Positions 1 through 10,276 of a stretch of DNA of 64,000 nucleotides are shown piece after piece (position 1 is the first letter of the stretch; the number at the start of each line of letters is the position of its first letter). The notes under the pieces are model-generated. The model was not told the origin of the DNA. It saw only the letters and a program-made list of their open reading frames with translations, and did not search any database. Source of the stretch: Hemiscyllium ocellatum (Eukaryota); the NCBI RefSeq assembly GCF_020745735.1, contig NW_026867487.1, positions 3,162,001 through 3,226,000 on the forward strand, written 5' to 3'. Both the position numbers and the translations under genes were made by a program.

Positions 1-3000
1 TTAACTTGGTGATGTAACTGGCTTCGCCAAAGCTCTGGATACTGTCCTCCAATCTAGTTCTTGGGTATGAGTCCGATTTTGCAATGACAATGACATTCTG
101 ATAATCCTTGCAAAATTCTTGAGTCCCATCTGGTTTGGGAACTAAGACAATCGATGAACTCCACTTGCTCTGGCTTCGTTCAATGATATACTTATTGAGG
201 CTGGCCTCCACCTCTTCTGGACCTGTCTGGCTTTGAACGGATTAAGCCGATTGGAGTGTTGTTCTATAGTATTCCCTATGCTTACTTCATGTATGGTATT
301 AGTCTTTTCTATCTGTTAATTACATGTGTCCTTACACTACAGTTACAAACTTTCCAACTCTAAGACAGATATTTGACTAACCTATCGAATTCCTCAAGGA
401 CTTCTTCATTTTTTAGATATATTTTGAGGCACATCAAAATCCACCCCATCTGGATTTGATTCCTCACTTTACACAGCTGTAACTAACGCATGTTTCTCCA
501 AATTTTTCTCTCATATAAAACGGTTTCGACATGTTCACATGGCATACCTAGTGCTGTTTTTTATTCTACATGGCATCTTTAATAGATAGTTCAACGTTTT
601 CTCAATTTGTTCAGGACCACTAAACCTTGCTTTGAAGGGATCTCCTATCACTGGTAACAATACTAACACGTCATCCCCTTGGGAAAACGTTCGAGTCTCA
701 GAGCGCTTTTATCTGCCACCTGCTTCATTCGATGCTGTGCCCTCTTCAGGTGCTGTTTATCTTACCCGCCAATGTGATTTCATCTATCCATCACCTCTGA
801 TGAATGATCAAAGTGTGAGATCTCTGACTTTGGTCCTGCCAATTTTTACTGAATTAATTTCAAAGGGCCTCTCACTTCATGCACGAATATTAACTCGAAG
901 GGAGTTAATCCTGAATCGATTTGGGGCATCTCGAATGGAAAACAATACAATGGGATAAAGGTTTCCTAATCATTCAGGTAATATTGCTCTCAATATTGTC
1001 TTCAAGGTCTGATGCCACCTTTCGAAAGCTCCTTGGTATTCAGGATGATCTGCAATGGATTTAAAATGCTGTATACCTCATCGGTCAATGACCTCATTAA
1101 CAGCTATCCATCAATAATAACCTTTGGTCCAACTGAGTCTCTCTGTGTACCCCCATACTACGTGAAGAGAGCTACTAACTCCTCTCCCAACATTTGTGCT
1201 TTAATACTCTGTAATGGAATTGCCTTCAGAAATTTGTTAAACATATCAATTAAGGTTAATAAATACTGGTACCCCATTTTTATTCTTGGGAAGTGACCGA
1301 CACAAACAAATATAACCTGCATAAAAGCTTCATCAAATGCGGGCATTGTTAACAAATACTGCCTGTGGCTTACCTCCCATTTGACATGCAAATGCATCCG
1401 GCAAAGGTTAACCACATCCTTGTGAATTCCAGGCCAATGAAAATGCTTTGGTAAATGGCCAGCACGGTGGCACAGTGGTTAGCACTGCTGCCTCACAGCG
1501 CCAGAGACCCGGGTTCAATTCCCGCCTCAGGTGACTGACTGCGTGAAGTTTGCACATTCTCCCCATGTCTGTCTGCGTTTCCTCCGAGTGCTCCGGTTTC
1601 CTCCCACAGTCCAAAAATGTTCAGGTTAGATGAATTGGCCACCTAGTGTTAGGTGAAGGGGTAAATGTAGGGGAATGGGTCTGGGTGGGTTGTGCTTAGG
1701 TGGGTTGGTGTGGAGTTGTTGGGCCGAAGGGCCTGTTTCCGTACTGTAAGTAATCTAATCTAAAAAAACCTTAGTCTGCATCTTTCGAACTCCAAGGTGA
1801 CCTCTGTATGTGTGCCATTGGCAACACAATCTGATGCGCTTCAGCACATTTCTCCTCTGCGCGAACCTTCTGTGGTCTCCTTTTCCGTCTTAGGACTCTT
1901 TCCTTTCAGATAATAACCCCCAGGAACATTCAGTGCCTCCTTGTCAGAGTATGCACCTACATATAAATTTTTAATTGTCTTGTCTTTCTATTGCAAGACC
2001 CTTAGCCTTTCAGGACGAAACACCTCTCTCTGGCCCTGTACGTGCAGTTTTTTTTGTAAAACAGGGCGTCTGCGAAGTTGGGCTCAACTCCTTCATTTTT
2101 CTCTCCAGTGTTTATTTCGTGCTGTGATGTATGACAGTGGGATCTTCTTACTAAACAGAGTGGGAAAATACAAGGGTATTTCGGTTTGAACTCCTCAGTT
2201 TCTGGTCTTCCTTGGGCTTCTCCACAACACAGAGTGTCACTCCCACCTTGGATCTGCTGAGTAATTTTCAAGAACAAACCCGATTCCTGAAAGTGAAACT
2301 CTGTCAATTACTCCCATTGTAGCTTCCCCAGTCTTAATTTGCCTCTCCAAGCTGACCTTACACAGGGCACTTTAAATTTCTGCCCATCTGCCCCATAAAT
2401 TGCCACACTCGCGGGTAACCGATCAGAAAGTGTGTAAATTCTCCCATCTCTTATTGTCAAGGGCTGGTTAGATCATATATCTCTCCAAATTATAACTTGT
2501 TGTACTTCTCCCCCCGTTCTTCTGAGTAAATGTTACCCACAGAGGCAAATTCTTAACTCCAGCCCCTGCCTAGGTTGTGCACTCTCATGTAGCGCCTTGC
2601 CTCTTCTTTAGATTTTCTCTACTACTTTCACTAATACCACTGGCTTAGCTGTCCTTTCCCACAGCGCCTTTCTTTAACGCCCAGCACTGTGACTTTACGT
2701 GTCCCATGTTGCCAGAATGAAAACATCTGAGGCCTTTCACCTCGTTTCCTCCCTGCTGGGCTTCTTTTTGAGGCTGTGGTAAACACTGACCAGTGTTCTC
2801 TACTCTGTTTCGATGGGTAGGATCTCCCCTTCTCCCAGCGTCTCTCCCTCACAGGACGAGGTTCTGGCCGGAAGTTTGTCTTATGCACCAATATGTATTC
2901 ATCTGCTTATCCTTTTGCCCTTCTCACTGTGAACTGTCTGTTCATCCACGTGAATTCTGTTCATTTCTGGAAGTTGAGTTTTTAAACTCCTCCAGCAGAA

Positions 3001-4620
3001 TAGTCTCTCTTAGAGCCTCACCAGTCCTATCTATCTTAAAAGCTCCCACCCATCTATCAAAATGATTATGTTCAATTCTTTTGAATGCATCATAAGTCTG
3101 GTTTGGCCCCTTCTTCATATTTCTGAACTGCTTTCTATATGGTTCTGGTACCAATTCATAAGCACTGAAAATAATCAGTGTGACCTCTTCATAATCTCTC
3201 ATCTGTGACCCCTCATCTGACAGCGTGGCAAATACCTCATTAGGTCACCTACCAGTTTAGCCTGAACTAGCATTCCCCATAAATCCTCGGACCACTCCAT
3301 CTGCCGAGCCAATTTTTCCAATGAAGCAAAGAAAGCCTCAACATCTTTCTCATCAAAATGTGGCAGAGTTTTGACGTTTGTATATATGATTACTTTCTAT
3401 TTCAATCTCCATCCTGTTAACTTGACTTTGCTGACTAAGTCACAGCGTCTCAAGTTCAAATTCTCTCTCTTTTTGCTCAACTAAGAACCTTTGCTTTATT
3501 TCTTTTTCCTCTCTCTCTCTTCCTGTCCCTTTCTTCTTTCTCTCTGTGCTCAGCTAAGAAACTTCTCTCACTCTCTTTTGCCCCACCCTCTCTCTTCTCC
3601 CTCTTTTCTTTTCTCTCTTTCTCTTTCTCTCTCACTTTGTTCATCTTCTAACTCCATTTTCCTCAATTGTCATTTCAGCTTTTCTAACTCTACTGCATCT
3701 GTCTATGTCTCTGATACACCTAACTGTTTGAGTCGTTCCCTTACAATTTCAGTTTTACTTTTGTCCTTGGCTAAACCCAAGCCTAACTTGTTTGCTAATT
3801 CTAAAAGAATGGCCTTTCTATTTCCTTCTAAACTTCTTTGGCAAATTTGAGAATCATCTTCAAATCCCAGAACCACTTCAGCAATTTTACGAGCCATTTC
3901 TCTCACTTTTAATTTAACCAACCAGAAGTCAACGAGATTAAACCAATTGTCTCACCTACGTTTTATTTAAATACCTAGAACGCTTACCTGCAAGCGTTTA
4001 ACTCTACTGGGCTTTTACGGACCCCAAATATATTGAAATCGATCCAAATCTCAGATTGGATTTGTCTAAACTGCTTTTCGTTGATGAAATCCCACAACTA
4101 TCATGACATGGAGTAAACCCCTCTGTTAATTTAAACTAGCAACATAGAAAAGATTCACCCCGTGCTGTAATCTGTTAACATACGAGAGGCAAAGAATGAT
4201 TCTGGTGGTCACTATTTAAAGTTAAAAATCAACAGCTTTATTCTTTAAGTCCGAAAGAGAATATGAAAATCAACAACTACTTACAACTCTTTACTCTTAA
4301 ACCATTTTTTTAACCTCCCACTCTACAATACTAGTCCGATAAAAAATCTGATTAAGATTTACAAAAAAAAAGGTCAGTTGTTGAATCTTCTCTTTGTATC
4401 TTCCTCTGCAGATTTTCCTCCGTCATCTTTTCGATGTTCTCCTGAACAAACGTCTTATGGACACGTACCTTCCAGAGAACTGTTCTGCTGGCAGTCTCTA
4501 CTTGTTGGGTGGCGGGGCAGTTCTCCCCTTAACTGTTCAAAATGTCCAATTTTATGTCTCAAGACGTCACATCATTTGATTGGTTTTAATATTTTGAAAA
4601 TGCTAAATTCAAATTTGAAT
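1..4620 (-). mobile_element. Decayed Gypsy LTR retrotransposon, Gmr1-like (gag/SCAN-like - PR - INT - RT order), running off the left edge; LTR-like sequence ~4100-4620
   Basis: Minus strand: gag-like 3703-3921; SCAN-like AYELVPEPYRKQF...LRETILLEEFKN 2942-3202; integrase core VGHFPRIKMGYQYLLTLIDMF 1158-1415; RT start WSSSIVLVPKPDGTQEFCKDY at ~1-190. Many stops and frameshifts. Confidence 0.85.
1458..1767 (+). mobile_element. HE1/V-SINE (tRNA-derived shark SINE) inserted in the Gypsy element
   Basis: GCACGGTGGCACAGTGGTTAGCACTGCTGCCTCACAGCGCCAG head, GGTTCAATTCC B-box, central domain and (TAATC)n tail. Confidence 0.9.
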
Positions 4621-5495
4621 AGATTTTGCTATTCAAAGTTTGTGCGAAGATTTGTAGCTCGGGTGCTTGTCGTAGTGGTTCTGTTCACCGAGCTGGAAGT
4701 TTTTGTTGCAAACGTTTCGTCCCCTGGCTAGGTGACATCATCAGTGCTCTGGAGCCTCCTGCGAAGCGCTTCTTTGATGTTTCTTCCGGTATTTATAGTG
4801 GTCTGTCCTTGCCGCTTCCGGGTGTCAGTTTCAGCTGTCCGTTGTAGTGGTTGGTATATTGGGTCCAGGTCGATGTGTTTGTTGTTGGAGTTTGTGGATG
4901 AATGCCATGCCTCTAGGAATTCCCTGGCTGTTCTCTGTCTGGCTTGCCCTGTGATAGTAGTGTTTTCCCAGTCGAATTCATGTTGCTTGTTGTCTGAGTG
5001 TGTGGCTACTAGGGATAGCTGGTCGTGTCGTTTCGTGGCTAGTTGGTGTTCATGCATGCGGATTGTTCGCTGTCTTCCTGTTTGTCCTATATAGTGTTTT
5101 GTGCAGTCCTTGCATGGTATTTTATAAACTACATTAGTTTTGCTTATGTTGGGTATTGGCTCCTTTGTTCTAGTAAGTTGTTGTCTGAGCGTGGCTGTTG
5201 GTTTGTGTGCCGTTATGAGTCCTAAGGGTCGCAGTAATCTGGCTGTCAGTTCTGAAACGCTCCTGATGTATGGTAGTGTGGCTAGTCCTTTTGGTTGTGG
5301 CATGTCCCCGTTCCGTGGTCTATCTCTTAGGCATCTGTTGATAAAGTTGCGCGGGTATCCGTTTTTGGCGAATACCTTGTATAGGTGTTCCTCTTCCTCT
5401 TTTCGCAGTTCTGGTGTACTGCAGTGTGTTGTAGCTCTTTTGAATAGTGTCCTGATGCAGCTTCGTTTGTGCGTGTTGGGGTGGTTACATGATAG
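4620..5495 (-). mobile_element. 5'-truncated Penelope-like element with GIY-YIG endonuclease and 3' pseudo-LTR
   Basis: ORF 4728-5516(-) contains NVVYKIPCKDCTKHYIGQTGR...HEH and REFLEAWHS, a PLE GIY-YIG domain; hammerhead-like motif in the tail. Confidence 0.9.
4708..4747 (-). ncRNA. Minimal hammerhead ribozyme-like motif in the Penelope tail
   Basis: Minus strand GCA-CUGAUGA-U-[GUCACCU AGCC AGGGGAC]-GAAA-CG-U-U-UGC: core CUGAnGA/GAAA, stem II, 3-bp stem I, palindromic ACGU in place of stem III. Confidence 0.6.
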
Positions 5496-6059
5496 CTCAT
5501 CTGGTTTCACAGTCAAATGTTACATTTTAAATTCTTTCAGTACGCTCTGTGCCTTTCTAAGACAGTGCCAGCTTCCAGTCTCCCTTAAAGGTACAGTACA
5601 CACCTACACCTGCAAAACACNNNNNNNNNNNNNNNNNNNNNNNNNNNNNNNNNNNNNNNNNNNNNNNNNNNNNNNNNNNNNNNNNNNNNNNNNNNNNNNN
5701 NNNNNNNNNNNNNNNNNNNNNNNNNNNNNNNNNNNNNNNNNNNNNNNNNNNNNNNNNATGCATATCTATATGTGTGCATATCCACCTCTCCATAGAGTGC
5801 GAGATATTTCATCCAGGGAATGAATGAATGATAAAGTCTCAAATCCTCTCCGCTTCCCTTTTGTGTTTGAAGTGACATACTGCCACTCTCTGCTGGTACA
5901 TAGACACCACTGCACAGGCGTGTGACAGGACGGTAACGATCAGCCTTATTAACGCCGTGATGCAGGTCCAACAGTGCAAAAACAAATCCCGGATCCTGAA
6001 GCTTACCTTGATCAAATATACTCTCCTGACAATCCATGGACTTCATGATGAGTGCAATT

Positions 6060-6600
6060 CTGATTTCACTCCTATAAGATGGATGCTGTGAAATGTGAAA
6101 GGTTTCAGAAAAGATTTGCTAGGATATTACCAGGGTTGGAGTCTTTGAGCTATCGGGAGAACTGAGTAGCCTGGAGTTGTTTTCCCTGCACCATTGGAGG
6201 CTGAATGCTGACCTCATATATGTTTACTAAATCACAAGGGTCATAGATCAGGTAAATAGATGAGGTCTTTTGCCTGGGTTGGGGGAGTCCAGAACTAGAA
6301 TTCATAGGTTGAGGATGAGAGGGGAAAAAATTAAAAGGGACCGAAGAGGCAACTGTTTCGCACAAAGATTGTTGCATATATGGAACGAGTTGCTAGAGGA
6401 AGTGGTGGAGGATTGCTCAATTGCAATATTTAAAAGGCAGCTGTATGGTTTACATGATTTGGAGGCATTGGAGGGATAGAGGTCTTAAATGACTTGCACT
6501 TTCTTCTTAGATTGTGACCCCCTAGTTCTGGACTTACCCAACATTCAGGAACATTCTTCCCACATTTAGCCTGTCCGGTCCTATCAGGGTTTATGTGTTT
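6060..6600. mobile_element. CR1 LINE 3' fragments (plus strand 6060-6480, minus strand ~6500-6600)
   Basis: Decayed ...QKRFARILPGLESLSY.. RT C-terminus and a 3' region typical of shark CR1. Confidence 0.75.
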
Positions 6601-6614
6601 CTATGATTATTGAC

Positions 6615-7062
6615 AATTGATTATCCTCATTGTATATAATAAAAATCAAGTGTGCCGCTGGTAATGCACAGCAGGCCAGGCAACATCCGAGGAGCAGCAG
6701 AGTCGACAATTCAGGCATAAGCCCTTCATCAGGAATTCCAACCTCCCAACTCCTATACTTGATACTCTGACCAATAATGGAAAGCATACCAAATGGCCTT
6801 TCACTCTCCATCTACCTTCGACTCTACTTTCAAGGAACTATGAATCTGCATTCCAAGGTCTCTTTGTTCAGCAACACGCCCCATCAGGACGAACATTCCT
6901 CATAGGAAATTCCTGATGAAGGGCTAATGCCTGAAACGTCAACTCTCTTGGTCCTCGGATGTTGCCTGACCCGCTGTGCTTTTTCCGGGCCACACATTTT
7001 GACTCTGATCTCCAGCATCTGCAGTCCTCACTTTCTCCTGAATAAAATCAATCCAGGTGAGT
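6615..7062 (+). pseudogene. Orphan leader exon remnant of the TRAV-like family, split by the PLE/CR1 insertion
   Basis: Removing the insertion gives TTG ATT ATC CTC ATT GTA TAT AAT AAA ATC AAT CCA G|gtgagt (LIILIVYNKINP), matching the intact leader LIILRLNAIIP|gtgagt at 9236; GT donor at 7057. Confidence 0.65.
6650..7040. mobile_element. Composite insertion: inverted Penelope pLTR arms enclosing a CR1 fragment
   Basis: Minus arm ~6650-6735, CR1 piece ~6736-6893, plus arm ~6905-7038; flanked by aataaaaatcaa (6638-6649) and aataaaatcaa (7041-7051). Confidence 0.7.
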
Positions 7063-7232
7063 TACACTTGAGATTCTAATGGATAATTGTGTGCACTGAC
7101 AGTGTCGCACCCTTTGGGTCAAATAGTTTCTAGCCTCACTTAGTCTAGATGTTTGTGCAACATATCTGATAAAGGTTGTTTAGAAAATGCATGCACTCTA
7201 GATTCACATCGAGTAAGATTTCAGTGATATCT

Positions 7233-7854
7233 TGTTATGGATCAGCTCAGAACCACTCAAAATATTTGAAGTACTTAGTCTAGAACCTAACTTTTTATTA
7301 TTTTAAAGGCAGAAATAACGTGCAATTTAACTGGTCAAAGCAATAGATGTGACACAACCACAATTTATTTGAACATTAGTTCCCATAAAAACAAAAAAAG
7401 AAGCATTTTTGAATGAATTGACTCCAGAAGAAAACTCACAGAATAATGCACACATTGACTGTTCCTAATTAACTGTTCCAGTGTAGTAACATCGCGTACA
7501 TGTTCTCCTTAGCAAAACGGTCATGTCAGACACAGATTACCAAATGGAGTTCTCCAACCCAAGTGGAAAAAGTTATCAAGAGAAAATTCGGAGAGGAGCA
7601 GTGAGGAGACATCTGCTGAAGTTTTCAACTCTGCTGGGACTCCAACAGCTTCTGATGCTACTGAAAAATCCAAACCCCAGAAATCCTGACCTGTAAGAAC
7701 AGGCAACATTCTATTAAGGCCATAAAACAATGCCAAGGCCGCCCAAGTTGGTCTTCACTAGCCAGCTCTGCGCCTCTTGTTTAGTCTCTTGTTTTGTTTC
7801 TGTCTTAAAAGATACCGGGACAAAGTAACCCCTAAGAGCCATAGCATCGTCACA
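7233..7854. mobile_element. Solo LTR-like element
   Basis: Starts TGTTATGG, ends CGTCACA, about 620 bp, non-coding; absent from the paralogous 37.9-38.1 kb region. Confidence 0.5.
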
Positions 7855-8155
7855 TATTCCAGATTGCACACAGGAGCTCCACATTTTCAACCAATTATGG
7901 TCAGTTGTGTGCACTGGCAGTATCACGCCCTTTGGCTCAAATAGTTTCTGGCCTCACCTAGTCTAGATGTTTGTGCAACATGTCTGATAAATGTTGTTTA
8001 GAAAATGCATGCACTCCTGATTCACATTGAGTAAGATTTCAGTGATATTTTGTTATGGATCAGCTCAGAACCACTCAAAATATTTGAAGTACGTACTACT
8101 GCTACTCCATAACCTTGAGATTGTGAGGCTGTCGATATAGCTCTTGTCTCCCTGG

Positions 8156-8194
8156 GGTTTCTGTACTGCATACTCATGGGATTGTATCATGGTG
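8156..8194 (-). promoter_or_regulatory. 23-RSS of the inverted V
   Basis: Minus strand CACCATG + 23 nt (ATACAATCCCATGAGTATGCAGT) + ACAGAAACC. Confidence 0.85.
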
Positions 8195-9293
8195 GTGATC
8201 ACCCCGCAGAGGTAGATGGCAGCATCATCCCTGCCGATGTCGCTGATGGTCAAGGTGCTGCGTTTCTGTTCCCGGTGAAGAGTGGCCTGAACCTTCCCTG
8301 CTGTGACCATGCTGCTGGAGGCGACGATTAGAAGCTTCAGATCCCGTCCACACCGCCACTGATACCACTTCACGAAGCTGAGCAAGGCACTGGTGCTGCA
8401 GTGCATTGTCACTGTGGAACCTTCTGCAGCTTCCAGTGCCAGGGGAGACTGTACTATCTGTTCATTGGCCAGGAGCTCTGTAACATAGAATCAATCTCCA
8501 TGGGAGAAATAATGAGAGGTGATAACAGTGCAAGCATCAAGCCTCCTGGAAACGCATTGCATTTCCCAACAGGAAACTGGTCATTTAATTCCAATGGGCA
8601 TGTCCTGGTATAGACTCACATGCCCTGTTTTTTTCTCAAACTATTTTAAATAAAGTCTTTTCTCTTCCCATCCCTGTGTTTCACAGTCTGATAGTTAAAA
8701 AAAGAGACATTTACAGCATTCACGTTATCCGTCCTTATGTCAGAGTCTTTGCTTCTCAACATTCACTCTGAGGAAATGCCTCAACTTGATGCCCCAATAT
8801 GCTATTAGCTACTGGGTGATTGGATGCCTGAGGAATTGTGTGTTCCTGGCTGGCATAGCGTTTGTTTCCCATCCCTAATACCCATGGAAAAGATAGTGAA
8901 CTGCATTTTAAACAGCTATACCACTTGTTATGGAGGTAGACCCAGGGAGCCGTTTGAGAGAGGAGTTCAGGATATTGACCGAGTGACACCATAGGGTCAG
9001 GGTGGTGAGTGACTTAGAGGGGAACTTGCCACTAATGGAGTTCCATGTATCAGCTGCCCTGTCTTTCGAGAAGGAAGTGATCGTTGGTTTGGAAGGTGCT
9101 GCCTTATTGTGTGCTTACCTCCAGCACTCAATAATAAAAGTCAGCTTTAGCAAGCCGAGTCATAACGCTGTCTCAAAACGGTAATGTGGAAAAGATCGCG
9201 TGGTGATTATGGTGAGAATCTAAAGTGCAACTCACCTGGGATGATTGCATTCAACCTGAGGATAATGAGCATTAATCGCACCTCCGTTTTCAT
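8195..9293 (-). CDS. Intact inverted TCR alpha-like V gene segment (leader exon 9293-9236, V exon 8477-8195)
   Basis: Leader MKTEVRLMLIILRLNAIIP|gtgagt; acceptor tgttacag; V = ELLANEQIVQSPLALEAAEGSTVTMHCSTSALLSFVKWYQWRCGRDLKLLIVASSSMVTAGKVQATLHREQKRSTLTISDIGRDDAAIYLCGV with C, W and YxC conserved; phase-1 splice in frame; TATAAA ~45 nt upstream; 23-RSS. Confidence 0.88.
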
Positions 9294-9980
9294 GTCCTGT
9301 GTTCGAAGTGCAGCACTGAAATGAATGGCTGCTCTCCTGTTTATAGATCAGACTAGGAAGTGCTGATGTTATACTTCCACCCACATGATAACTTCCACCC
9401 ACACACATTAAAAAAAAAATGGCCTGGGCCCCCACACATTTCCACCTGTGCTCGCCGATGTTAGTGATAATGAGTGTGTGTGTGTATGTGCGTTGCATTT
9501 TCTGTGTTTAGAATGTTTGTTACGTATATTTGTTTTGAAGTCATTTCATGTGTCTGTCAATGTGTTTTGCTGTGTGTTGTTCTGACTGTCTCAATGACTG
9601 ATGATGAACATGCTGAAAAAATTAGAAATGTTCAAGCCGAGCATCATCTCGCAGGTCTAACGTCACCTCAGAAGCAGCTGATCGTCGCTATTTTCGACTG
9701 GGGAATGATAGTGAATGAAATGGTTCAAAGAAATCTCATAATCTGTTTCCATACTTCATTCCTTTCCCTTCTATGCAATGCGATGCCTCCCTCTGCCGGC
9801 AGATATTTATAACTGCATAAGAGGTAGGTCAAACTTTTCAGCACAATTACATAGAATCACAGAGTCATAGAGATGTACAGCATGGAAACAGACTCTTGGT
9901 CCAACATCTTCTTGCTGATCAGATATATGAAACTACTCTCGTCCTCTTTACCAGCTCTTGGTGAGCAGGCTCCTTTTAAA

Positions 9981-10276
9981 TTAGATTACATTACCTACAG
10001 TGTGGAAACAGGCCCTTCAGCCCAACAAGTCCACACCGACCCGCTAAAGCGCGACCCGCCCATTCCCCTAACACTGCGGGCAATTTAGCATGGCCAATTC
10101 ACCTGACCTGCACATCTTTGTGACTGTGGGAGGAAACCGGAGCACCCGGAGGAAACCCATGCAGACACGGGGAGAATGTGCAAACTCCACAAAGTCAGTT
10201 GCCTGAGGCGGGAATTGAACCCGGGTCACTGGCGCTGTGAGGCAGCAGTGCTAACCACTGTGCCACCGTGCCGCCC
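9981..10276 (-). mobile_element. HE1/V-SINE
   Basis: Reverse complement of the SINE at 1458-1767. Confidence 0.9.

Noticed and set aside
1458-1540. tRNA gene
   Set aside because: It is the tRNA-derived head of an HE1 SINE and continues into the SINE body and tail.
5990-6030. J-like IFDQGK with a gtaag donor on the minus strand
   Set aside because: No FGXG motif and no upstream RSS.
5545-6060. Possible decayed plus-strand V (QLPVSL..TC, WY, LTIHGL-like words)
   Set aside because: No RSS or YxC; the 5' part is better explained as a V downstream flank paralogous to ~37160-37210.
8195-8477. Inverted V as NAR-TCR V, IgH-like V or TAILV
   Set aside because: The Trp-to-second-Cys span (53 aa) is longer than VNAR-like domains and the motifs are TCR-alpha-like; no adjoining D/J. 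A phylogeny would be needed to exclude this fully.
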